Below are positions 49,101 to 61,100 of a DNA stretch of 64,000 bases, piece after piece (the first letter of the stretch is position 1; the number at the start of each line of letters is the position of its first letter). Below the pieces are notes generated by a model. It did no database searches, was not told the origin of the DNA, and saw only the letters and a list, made by a program, of their open reading frames with translations. A program made the position numbers and the translations under genes. Source of the stretch: Vicugna vicugna (taxonomy: Eukaryota); assembly GCA_013265495.1 (NCBI GenBank), contig MU059829.1, forward strand, positions 3,720,001 to 3,784,000. Direction: 5' to 3'.

Positions 49101-52100
49101 GCCACGTCCCGGGCCCGCCCTGCACATGCCCGCGTGGCTCGTGGGAGTGTGTCGGGGGAGCATCTTACCGGGCTGCGGCGCCGTCCAGGCCTCACACTTG
49201 AAGGGCTCGCTGGGGTCTGACGGCTCCCCGACCCCCACCAGGTTGGCGGCAGCAATTTTAAACTCGTAGGTTGAGCCTTCGGTCAAGCCCTCCACCTATT
49301 TAAATTGTGTTTCAATTAATCAGGGAGACAAACACTGGGTTACAATCTGTCGAGGGGAGGGAGAGTTCACAGTGACTCACAGCAGGGACATGAGGGCGCG
49401 ACCTCGTCACCGCGTCCACTATGGAGCTGGGAGGGTTATTTCTGTGGCTGATGCTGCGTTAAACCTGACAGGGTACCTCCTTCGCCCCATAAGCCCCCTG
49501 CAGGGACGACACGAGGCCCCCCTTCGGGCAGGTGGGGAGTCTGGGGCTCAGAGAAACGAAAGCCACAGGGACCCAGCGGAAGAGCAGCGAGGGGTCCTGC
49601 CCTGACGCCCAGGCTCCTCCCTGGAGGCTCGCCACCTGGGGTGCTGGGGACCGGGGACGTGAGGCATCCTCGCTGGGCAGTGGCCAGGCCGTATGAGCAG
49701 TCCCCTCCCTGCACACGTTGGCTGGAGGTCCATTCGGGGCCCCTCTGCCTGGTCCGTGCCACACAAGACAGAAGGAAGGCTTCTGACCAGAACCATCAGC
49801 CAGCCCTGTCCTGCAGCCCGGCCAGTGGCGCGAACACAGCGTCTAATGACATTGTCTCCGACAAACAGCTCCCAAAGCAAGCATGTCTGAAGTCAAAGCG
49901 CTTTGTCCGCTGGAAGGCGGCCTGTCCCTCTCGTGGGAGGAGCCAGCACTCGGGGCCCGGGGGCGCATTTCCTCAGGAGTTTGGGACCAGCAGAGTCGTA
50001 ACGTGTCGGAGGTTAACCATGGCCCACACATCAGTGACGTCACGCCACACCTGAACTTGGACAGCACGTGTCGTGCACGTATAAAACGCATGGTACATAC
50101 GGTACATAAATACGTGTTTTAACCTAGAATCTTCTACAAGATGGAGACCAGACTCCTAACTGTCTCCCCTACGAAACAACAACCCTCATTTTACAGCCGC
50201 GCCAGTGAAGCTGATCGCCGTGTGGTGCCGGTGTTGGTGTGAGCTGCCAGCACCCAGGAGCCGCGCTGAACACACGAGAGTCCCGGCGCGGTGGAGGCGA
50301 GAGCGGCTGGCCGCGGGTGGCCGAGGGCTTGCGGGGGCTTGACCCCAGATCCTTGTTTCTACTCCCGCCACCCGGACAAGCTGCACCCGGGCAGGGACTC
50401 AATGGGAGCCTGGACCCTGCCTCCCGTGGAGCCCACGCTCTGCGCCCGCGCATCCTGCCGGGGACGAATCCCCTCCCGGCGCTGGGGGCCTGGGCGCCGC
50501 TCGGCACCTGGCAATGCGCCCGCCCGCCTGGCCCTCCTGCCCCTTCGCTTCTCAGAGAGAGGATGCTTTCTGAGAGCTCCAGTCCCCGTGATGCCCCGGC
50601 TTTAAGAATCCGTTTCTGTTTCTGTATCAGACGCTCTAATGGCATCAAACTCAGAAACACTCAATGGAGGACTCTGCCCCAAACCCGAAACCACCCGACG
50701 AGAAGGAATGAGTCCGCGAACACCCACCGTCAGGATCCTCTCCTTGAGAGGCAGAGAGTTGACCTCGTGCCAGTTTGTGTGGTGAGCCTCGCGCTTGTCG
50801 ATGTAGTAACCGAGGATGGGGGAGCCGCCGCTGAATTTCGGCACCTTCCAGCCGAGGGTCATGGCGTGGCCGTCACAGTTCAGAAGCGTGATCCCGTACG
50901 GATAGGACGGGACGGCTGCAGAAAACACAGCGGAAAGGCACCGAGACCTCAGCCCGGGGTTCTCTGACCTCCAGGGCCGGCTCCAGCGTCGGAGGAGCGG
51001 ACGGCCCCTGGGAGACGGCCCCGGGCCCCAGACCGCCTCGCCTGTCCCTGCCCACCGCTCACCACCGCCCCTTGGTTTTCTCTCTTCTCTTAAAGAAAGT
51101 ATTTTTTTGAATTTCTTCTGTATGTATTTATTGCAATTTCTAAACACACCTTCCAGTACATGCACACACACACACACACACACGCACCTCCTCTAATATC
51201 TCAATAACACAAGGGCAACGGATTACCTAAATCTGACCTGGACGTTTGAAAGCACAGACGCCCCATCCTCTACGGAAGCCCTTGAGAAGGAGCTTCTCAT
51301 CCCGCCCATGAGGAACGACAGCCCCACCTCCCGCGACCAGTGGTGACCAGTGGTGACCAGTGCATTTAGGCCCGTGAGTCCTCATTTCCTCCATAGGTAC
51401 AGAAACCAGATTAATTCAAAAGGGGATGAATTCACGTTTCTTTTCCAAACACCTAATTTGGAAATGGACTGCCTTTTCCTAGTGGGTTGTAAACGATGTG
51501 TCTGCCTCCCCTGGACCCTGAGTAGCCTGCACGCGTCACCCTCCGGTACCTGACACACAGGTGACCGCGAACGAGCAGTTCTCACCACAGAACTAAACGC
51601 CAGTGATCGGTTTTCTTTAGTAAGAATGACGAACAGTAATGTCTGAAAGTCCTTTCTGGGAAAACCGATCGATTAGCGTAACGACCTTAAAACAGAGCAA
51701 CCGCTGAGGCTTCGCCAGGCTGCCCACCCGAGGCTTGTCAGCTCTGACTCCCTGGGAGCCCCAGAACAGCGCTTCCCTTTGCGTTAGAGGAGAAGTCGTG
51801 ATTTCCAAAGACGCTTTTAGATTTTGGAGACAAAAATAACTAGACAGCAGAACATTTCTGCCAGGAGTGAAAAGATGACACTGCAATTCAAACAAGTGTC
51901 TGAGACGGTCATGTTTCAGGATGTTCCTGAAGGCGTTCAGGCCGTGGGGGCGTTTTATATGAAGTAGTCAGAGCATCGGTTGTAAAACCCAGAGCCATAC
52001 AGATCAAGCTGTCCGGGGCCTGTCCTGGGAACTTGGAACCCAAACTGCTCAGGAATTCAAACTTCAAATAACTTTTGAAGACCACTGTTAATGAACTAAG

Positions 52101-55100
52101 CCACATAAACATTTGAAATTCTCTGGAATTTCTTAAAGTCCCTTGAACTAGGAACAGCTAGAAAGGCCACGATGTTCCATGTCAGCATCCGTTCTTAAAA
52201 GAGGCAGTCGTGCCCTCCAGCACTCGCTTTACCGTGGGCACGCGCGCTTGGCAACAAGCGTGACCCCCAGTAATATTTTCTGGGTTTAACTTGCATTTGA
52301 TTCGCATATGATCGTTTCTCCCTCCCTCACTGGCACTTCCCAGACGAGCGGCCAACGGATGGGAGGTTTGCACGGACGCGCACGTTCCCTGATCAACAGT
52401 TTACGTCCACTTTCCCCCGGCGACATTCCAAGCGGCACCATAAGTGTTTCCTCACGCAGAAGTTGCAGGGTAGCGGAGAACCCGAACCCGGCGCGGAGCC
52501 GCCCGGCAGCTACTCACTGAGGGCGGCCTGGACCTTTATGACGTCCGACTCCTGCGAATTCTCACTCGTCCCGACCGCGTTGACAGCCTTCACACGGAAG
52601 ATGTACTGCTCGCCAGTGGTCAGGCCGTGCACCACGAACCTGCGGGAGACACGCACCGGAGGCATGACTGCGAGGCTCGGCCTCTGCCCTCCTACCACAG
52701 AAGCAGGGGTCATCTCCAGCACGCCATGAAAGCGTTTGCACCGGGGCTAAGAGGACGCTGTCCTCCTCGGGTGCCTCAGAGACGCGTAACATACGTCATT
52801 TTTATTTTCAGTTTTAGTTCATTAATTGCAATCAACACACCGTGTCCAAAAGTAAGGCAGCAACAGGGTGACACCAGGCACTGGAGGGAGCCAGACTCGG
52901 AGAGGAGGGCCACCGGCTGCTGGACCAGGGCCGAGGGGCAGGGAGCCAAGCCTGGGGGATCCCGAGTGGGACACGCGATGTGGAAGCCCCTCGCTCTGGG
53001 GCTCCCCCTCCAATTCTGAACCTGCCAGGTTTCCTCGGGATCAAAGTTCTGTTACAAAGTGAGATTCCACTCCTTACCTAAAAGAACCCACGCACGTAAA
53101 ACTTAGTGAGTGTTACACTGCAGTGGCCAAAGGCTGACTCTGAAGGCAGGACAGGCTTGGAGACCAGCCTGGACACCTAAGAGATTCTGTGCCCTCAGTC
53201 AAGCTGCCTGACCTCTGAGAGACTCCGTCCTCCCGTCTGTAAAATGGGATCATAGTACCTACTTCTCAGCACAGCTGCCTCCCCCGTGGCAAGTTCTCAG
53301 TAAGCGCGAGCAGAGGTTATGTAAGTCTTTAGTCATTTATGAGTTCCTGCACTAGGATGGTATTTTAAGCGTTTTGCTCTGACAGCTGCTCCTGCCTCTG
53401 CTGCCGAGGGCTGTGAATAACCGCTGACTGCTGTTCTCCTCCGTCACCTCGCTGCTTTTCCAGCCACAGCTTTTCCCGTTTTTTTTTTTTTTTTAATAAG
53501 AGTGAAGAGGGAAAGGCGCCTGAACCGTAACTGATAACCTTCCACGGTGGAGAACCTGACGGCTGCTCTGCTGTCCTCAGGGCGCATCCTGGAGAAAGGC
53601 TAACAGACCCGGGCCATCCCTGCGCCCCCGGCGTGGGATGGGGCAAATCCACGCCGGGAGGAAAGACGCCCGCCCCCACCGCACACGGAACCGCTCCCCG
53701 GCTCCGTGCAGCTGGACAGGACTGTCCACCAGGTCAACAAGGCAATGTAAAAAGTTCGAAAAATCAAGACAGAAAAATGAAACACCCTTCCCGTCTCGGT
53801 GGCCTCCCCTGTTCAGCGTAAGCCTTAAATGCTAACTGTCAGGACTGGTGTGGCTGAGCTGCCCCTCCCATCGACAGCCAGGCCACTTCAGCCCAGGGGC
53901 AGGAACTGGCCGGTCGGTCCGCTTTAATCCCGGCGCCCCTGGGGTGCGGGTGAGGAAACAGACTCGGGGCGCGACGCCACGGGTGTCCCCGCCCTGGCCC
54001 GTGCACCCGCTTCTCGGCCGGCACTCCAGGCAAGGCCGCCGGCCTCGGGAAGGCGGGGAGGGGCCGGGGGCAGCACCTGTTGTAGCCGATGGGCTTGTGG
54101 TTACAAGGCTCCCAGACTTTGGACCCGGCCACGCAGCAGTCCACGTAGTAGCCCAGCAGGTCCTCCTCGTGCTTGGGCCTGTCCCACTGCACCACGACCG
54201 ACGTCTTGGTGTTTCGCGAAGCCAGGACGCGGCCGGGGGCCGAGGGGACCGCTGGGCAGAGGAGACAGTGACACGGTAAGTTTGGGGGCACAGACACCCG
54301 CAGGCCCTCTTGTCCACAGGGTTCAGGGCTTTAGATGAGATTTGGACAAAGGAGGGCGGCACAGGGAAGTGGGGGCGGTGCTGAGAGCCAGAGGGTACAC
54401 AGGAGGTGCTGGACAGTCCCCGGTCCCCTCTGTCCCCCAGGCCCCAGCCTGGCCCCCACAGAAAGGAATTCTGCTCCCAGAAGCCCTGCACCTGCCCTGG
54501 AACCGTCGCCGAGGATCCTCCAGTGACACCCATGCTCTGCTACCTGGGAAGTGACAATCTGGGATGTAAAGTGACCCACTTTAAGAGCATAGGTGCTTAT
54601 CAGATTCGAGGGACTCTGCAGGGGACTCAAAATCAAACCTGGGGGGAGGGTGCAGCTCAGCGCTAGAGCGCGTGCTCCGCATACACGAGGTCCTGGGGTC
54701 AATCCCCAGCACCTCTGTGAGAAAAAAATTGCCTCCACCAAAAAAAAAATCAAACCAAGATTTGACGCTGGGTTCCCCCCCATGCGATTCCGAATCTCTG
54801 CTGTCCGTGTTTGACGTCTTCAGGGAGGGAGCGCCAAGCCACACGGGCCGGAAACCCGAGTGCGTTTAGGTGAGGCCGTTTTTTTTTTAAGTAGTCGTTT
54901 CAGAATATTTCTAACCCGTTTATTAGTTTCATGCAAAGAAGACAGGACTCTGGAGAAGTGTTGACAACGGACCAAAGCGGCAGGGAGACCATCCTCTCAT
55001 AAAGGCACTTAGAGGCGTGGATTTTGGCGCACGTGCAACAGCGGGTCTCTATGGACGTGGGCGAAGCCGTCCCACAGCCTGGCCTCCCGCCAGGACGACT

Positions 55101-58100
55101 CACCGATGGTGTCCTGGGCCTGAACGGGGGCAGTGATTTCCGACGGGTCGCTCAGACCGTGCTTGTTTGCCGACAAAACTCGGAACACATAGGATTTCCC
55201 GTCGGCGAGATCGAAGACGGCATACCGGGGGGACCTGACGGCCGTCTGGGCGTTCACCCGCTGCCAGCTCCCGCTCCCCACGACGGACTGCAAGAGACGG
55301 GCTTGGTGACGGGGGCTCCCCGCGTGCAGGCCGCCAGCTCACCGCACGCTCCCCTGACAGCGCCAGATGCCAGCGACACCCAGTGAGACGCTTCCAGGAG
55401 CCCGCGCGTGTGTGCTGGCACCTGCTCTCCCCGGCGCGGCAGTGGACAGGGAGCCGCCCCTCAAGAGGGCCGAGACGCCCCTGCTGCACCTGGCTAACCA
55501 CCCGGACTCTCGTAACGCAGACACCGCAAGTTAGTTAGTGAGACGGTAACACAAGCGAGCCTCGCAGACAAGTGGGGAAAGTCGAGGGTCGTTGCTCCTC
55601 TTGGGGCCTGAACCCCTGTCATTTCCACCCACCTTGGCTTCCCCCCGTTGTGTGAACGCTGCTGCCGTAGGTCAGGTGCCCGTATCCAGCTCGTCTTCGT
55701 GTGCATGTTACATATGCTGGGCTGTATATATTACGTTGTAATGTAAGTGTAGACCCACAAAGCCAAAAAGGGTTTCCAGCAACGGCCCACAACCCAATCA
55801 CGGGTCACCAGTTTGAATGAGTGAGTCACACCTGCACTTTGTGCAACAGGACAGGCTAAGGCGGGAGAGAGCACGCAGCGTGTAGTGAGGGCACCGTGTG
55901 TGGAGTTTGTTGGTTATGTACGTGAACTGTGTGTGTGTGCGTGTGTGTGCGTGTGTGTGTGTGTGTGCAGGCTGCAACACAGTTTCTTCATGTGCGTCCA
56001 GATCTAAGAAGTCTCCAAACCATGAGTCCGTGTAACCGTCCGCCCTCTGAAGGGTGAATTCCTCTATGAGGTCGCCACCAAGTGTCCGCTGGGCTCACGG
56101 ACACTCTGCGAGCAGGGCCGCTGTCTGCCTCCCCACCTCACAGAACTCTCAGACTCGGGAGCCCAGAGAGCTTCAGCCGGAAGAGAGCGACAGCCCCTCA
56201 GCGTGGCTCCCTGTGTGCCCCGTGTGCCCCGTGTGCCCCAGGTGCCCCGTGTGCCCCAGGTACGGGGGCCCTGCGCTGGGACACACTCCCTTTGCAGGGC
56301 TCTGCAGGGGGTCCCGGTCGGCCAGCGCCCACAGCTTCTTATTAAACAACAGTGACAGAGTCTCTGTGGTGATGGATTTGACCGCTGCTCAACCTTAAAA
56401 CCCACAAACAGCATAATGGGAAATCCGACAGATTCGCCGGTTCCGGAGCCCCGGCCCGGGAGTACCTTCTCGATGAAATACATCAGCGGGTCCTTGCCCC
56501 GGTGAGCAGGGGGGTCCCAGCTGAGGACGACATACGTCCTGCTGGTTTCTGAGACGTGCACGTTGGTGGGAGGTGCTGGAATCTGCACTTCGCCTGGAGG
56601 AGGAACAAACTGAGTGAGGGCTGGAAGAACCCGGCGCGCGGCGGCGGCCACCGTCGGGCACCGCCCCCGGGCACGTCCCGACGCTGAAGGGCGCTCGGGC
56701 CCACCGTCCTGTGCTTCGTTTCTATTTGGGGAAAGCAGCCAATGGCAAGGCCTGTTTCTCCAGAGCTCGAGTGTCATGAACTGATAAAGACCACCAAGCC
56801 AGTTCACATGGAAGAATCTAATCAAAACCCATCCAGAATTTCAGCTGGACGTGGGGAGGGATTCACCCAGAGGAAGCAGGACATTTAACCAGACTGGGGC
56901 TCTGACTGCACGGGGAGCTGGTGCAGGGACGGCGCTGGCAACCGTGCTCTGCAGTGGGAGCGCCTTGCCCGATGGACTGTGCGCTCCGCCACGACCCTCG
57001 CTGGCTGTTCCCCTTAGCGGTGCCCTCAGAGCACTGAAACAATCCATCAGCTCGTGAAGCACGTTGCTCTTCCTGCCCTGGGAAGACCTGCCCCACAGTC
57101 GCAAGCTTCGTCGTCTCTGCCTGTGCACTTGGGATTCCTGAATGACATCAGTGAGTCTTTTGCAAGTAACTGTGATAAAACATTTGCATCAGAGAGGCCC
57201 GCCAGCCCTCACTTCTGACACACGACGCTTTTTAATACAACGTTGGGTGTCTGGGGTGTTAAGTTAGCCTATGAGAACTCCTCATAAGGGGTGGAGGTTT
57301 TCCAGACCTGCGGTCCCGGTAATTGCAATACAAAATATTATGAGCTTCCAATTAGATTAGCACATGATTAAAACGGTTCAAACATCCCCAGGACATCTCT
57401 GAGCCCTGCTCGATATCCAGTTGCTCCCTCCGGACTCTGCCGCCAGCAAGAAACTGAACAGCCGCATGGAAACAGCGCAAACAAGCCGGGGTTTCATTTC
57501 ATAAGAGTCCTGTTACTGAGCTCATCACATTTTACGGGCGACGCGGGCGTCGAAGCAGGCCTGGTCTTATCCAGGAGCATCCTGGCAAGTGGGTTGGATT
57601 TCAAGCAAGGAGCCAGGGTGTCTCCAGAAAAATGCCAAGTGTACCGGGCGGATCTGCGTGCCGCGTCCACACCTAAGGAGACCAGGGAGGCACGAGGGGG
57701 AGAAGACACAGGAAGTCCACCAGGGTCACGTGGCCAAGCTCCAGAACGCAGCCGGGGTCCACTTCAGAGGTACCAGATGGCACAGGAACAAACCGAGGGG
57801 ACAGGAGGAAGCCAGGCAGGGGACAAAAGCAGCCTGAGCTGGGGGAGTCGGAGGCAGAAGCACCTCTCCCGCAAGGTCAGCCCTGAATGCCTGGCTGTTT
57901 GCAGACCTGGCTCACAACTTCCAGGCCCCGGGAAACAGAACAAAGGGCACTGAATCCGAGGCCACGGCAACAAGGAAGAAAATCGTTTCTGTCCGCAGGG
58001 AGCCCCCGATCGGAGTGAGATGCTTGTGTTCAGACCTTGGGCTGTGCACTAGCATGAGCCTCGGGTCTGCAGGCGACCCCAGCCCCGAATGGAAGAGGAG

Positions 58101-61100
58101 GGGATCAAGTTGGCCCTGGGGAGCCCAGTGGGGCCACGGAGATACGCTGACGTCCGTCAGCAACACTCCCACAGCTGAGAGGAGACTCAGCAGATGGAGG
58201 CAAAACAGAATGAGAGGGAACAGCCAAACGCTCTCCCTGTGTGCTGACCGTAGCACCGGCTCTGCCCTTGGCCTCTGCCTCTGGGTCACCGTGCTTCTCT
58301 GGAGCCCTGTCCTAACGAGTCACGTCAGTACCAGCCGGAAATGGAAACATGAAATGGACGTGGAGCTCAGAACGGAGCTCAGGGAAACGCTGGGCTTCCT
58401 CAGATCACACGGCTAGTGGGCGGTTGAGCTGGGGTCCTTGCCCAAGTCTTCTGATTCCAAAGCCAGCTTCCTGTTCTGTCAGCTCCAGGACGCCCCAGCC
58501 TCCACAGCCCGCCAGGAGACGCTTCTCTAAGTCAATGAAACACGAAGTTTCTTTGGAAGTTTTAGAATGCCCAAGATGACAGAATTCGAGAGAAGGAACA
58601 GCTGTAAATGAGTTTGTGGCATTCAGAGCAAATGATGGATTCAGCGTGCTAGCCGCAGACAGCCTTGTCCAGGGCAGGACGGCGACTGCCTGGATCTGCC
58701 GCTGGGACAAAGACAATCCCATCTCGTCTGCGGGAGCCGTTCTGATCCTTCCCCAGACGGGGCGTCCACTTTTCCATGGAGCAGCTCAAGGAAGACTGGA
58801 AATGTTGGATGACATTAAGAGAGAAGCATGGATAGCAATTTAAATGTTTGCAGGAAGACACTCACCAAGATTTAAATGATGATGAAAATTCGGCCAAAAA
58901 AACATGAAATAGCAAAGGAGCGACTTCTGAGCCAACAAAAGAAATGTCTCTCCTTCATTAACACAAATGGCATTTGCCAGTTCTTTTTCTGGCCAAAACA
59001 GCACTGAGAGAGGAAGCTAAGCTTAGATGAAGAAAAGAGATATGGACAGAAAAGGCAGAAATTCCTACAGCACATCTGAACCGAGACACGGTTTCCTTGA
59101 AAACGTTACGGAGTTTCTGTCTCTATGAAGATCTGTATTGACTGGAAGAGGTATTTGTTGCTTAAAGTGAGCAAACAGATGAACGTTCCGACCCCCGTCT
59201 CAGGGTTGGGGTATTTAACTTCACACCTGGTTTGTTCTAGACCGCGGCCGCGGCCGAGCCCCGCAGGCACAGCCTCGCACGGGGAGCTGAAGGCCTGTGG
59301 GGCTGCACTCCGGGCCGTGCCAACGTCCCAAGGCAACTGAGTTTCCATCTGAGTGCCTGAGCCTCGGCCTTTCACGACCAGCTACGCAAACAGAGCCTCA
59401 GAAACGTCTCCCAGAACGTGGCTGTAAAGCCACCACGTTCAGGAAATCATCCAACAGCAGGAAGTCACGGGCCCAGGCAACCAGAAGCCCTGGCTGCTTA
59501 CGAGAAAGAAAAAGGGAGACGACATGTGGGAGGTGTTAGCTGAGACTCTGTTCCAGGCGGAAACAAGCTCTGTTGTGTAAGACAAACTTCCATCGTAGCT
59601 GTCGGAAAACAAGGCCTTGCAAACGTGTTATCTCTTTATTTGGCCCTCCATGAATGGCGGGCTATTTATACTGGCTGTATCATCTTCACGTATGAAGCGA
59701 TCCCCGAAAGGGCACCGTTCCCGCCCTGGAAAGGGGTGTCGGGTCACGCGACCTCGCCCCCGCGGCTTTTCACAGTGACCTTCGCAGAGCGCAGGCTCGC
59801 CGCAGGGGTGCAGTGTTTACAGACCAGCTCACGCCTTCTCGCTTCAGGTCATTCTCACCCGGTTTGCGTTCCGACCTGCCCGCCCAGGTAACTGAGGTGG
59901 CTGCTCTCCTCAAGGACCCGTCAGAGGGGGAAGGCGCCCCCCTTCCCTCTCTCGTGTCAGAAATGTCTGTTTCGCCCAGGCCGACCTGTCGCAGCAGCGC
60001 CTCTCCCAGACGCCAGGGGCTGTTTTTTATTCATTCAAACATCCGCCCTAATCAGCCTTTTAGGACGTCACCACGTCAGCCTTTCCCGAGGGTTTCCTTT
60101 CGTCTCTCACTTACTGGGCGTCTCTCCCAGGTTCTGGGACTTTCTGGAAGTGAAGGTTTTAACCAAGACTTTAACCAGAACCCATAAAGGATGCTCCTCA
60201 GAGAATTACATGTTCTTCCCAAGATCCTGGAGAAACGTCTTTACGGGGCAGGTGATACGAGGTCTGGATGCCACTCGGGGGTAAATGTGAATGTCAGCCT
60301 CTGGCCTCCTCCGACTCTGCGGCTCTCTGGGGAGAGGACCGTCTCCCCAGGCCAGCTGCAATTTTAAAGAACTCAGAAGTACCTCTCCTGGGACAGTGGC
60401 TCCAAATTAAGTCTTTTTTTCTAATTTTTAAGTTTTCCCTCGTCCTCTATGAATGCAGATTATAAGTGCAACTAAAATCTCCGGCCTTCTGGTTAGTGAT
60501 GCTGGATTCCCCTTCTCAGGAAACCCACCTTCCGAGCTTTCTCTCTTGGGAAGAAATATTAAAGAGAAGTGGTCATAAAATCCAGTATCAAAAAGGAAAC
60601 GCAAACTTTCGAGCCACAGGGACATTATTTGGCAGGAAAGATTAATCCCTTTCAGTTAAAATACATTTTTTTTGCTTAAAAAAATAAAAGCAAATACTAT
60701 TCTAGCAGTGGCGTCTGGGAGAAGGGACCGCGGCCTCGGCCAGGAATCACGTTCCAGAGTCCGTCTGGTCACGTCTCTGTAAGTCCCCAGGGAGCGCGGG
60801 TGACCCCCCCCACACATACACACACACACACACACACGCGCGCGCGCGGGGACGCGGCCACAACTCCGCTGACGCCAACTCCTGCTCTCGTTCCTGCCCT
60901 CTGCCCTGCGAGCCCTGAAGCCTGACCTGCAGTTTTGACTTTTACACAGAAGAGTGGACCCACCTCATGGGTGCTTTCCCTCCGTCTTGCTTCCCTAATC
61001 ACAAAGCCCTAATCCCCGGGGCATACGCAGCTGCAGGGACGGGGAAGAGTTCCTTACCTTCGAGGTCATCCTGATAGGTTACCGTTTCCTTGTGTCCCCC

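Noticed and set aside
50916-52517. Search for an EH-segment-like elastic exon between My6 and My7, as in MYOM1
   Set aside because: No phase 1-1 open segment with good splice sites or EH-like composition was seen in intron 17; its short ORFs look random. A by-eye search cannot fully exclude one.
54641-54715. Apparent tRNA-Ala gene
   Set aside because: Box B is degenerate (GGGTCAATCC), stems are mismatched, and it has an A-rich tail and a TSD: a SINE, not a tRNA gene.
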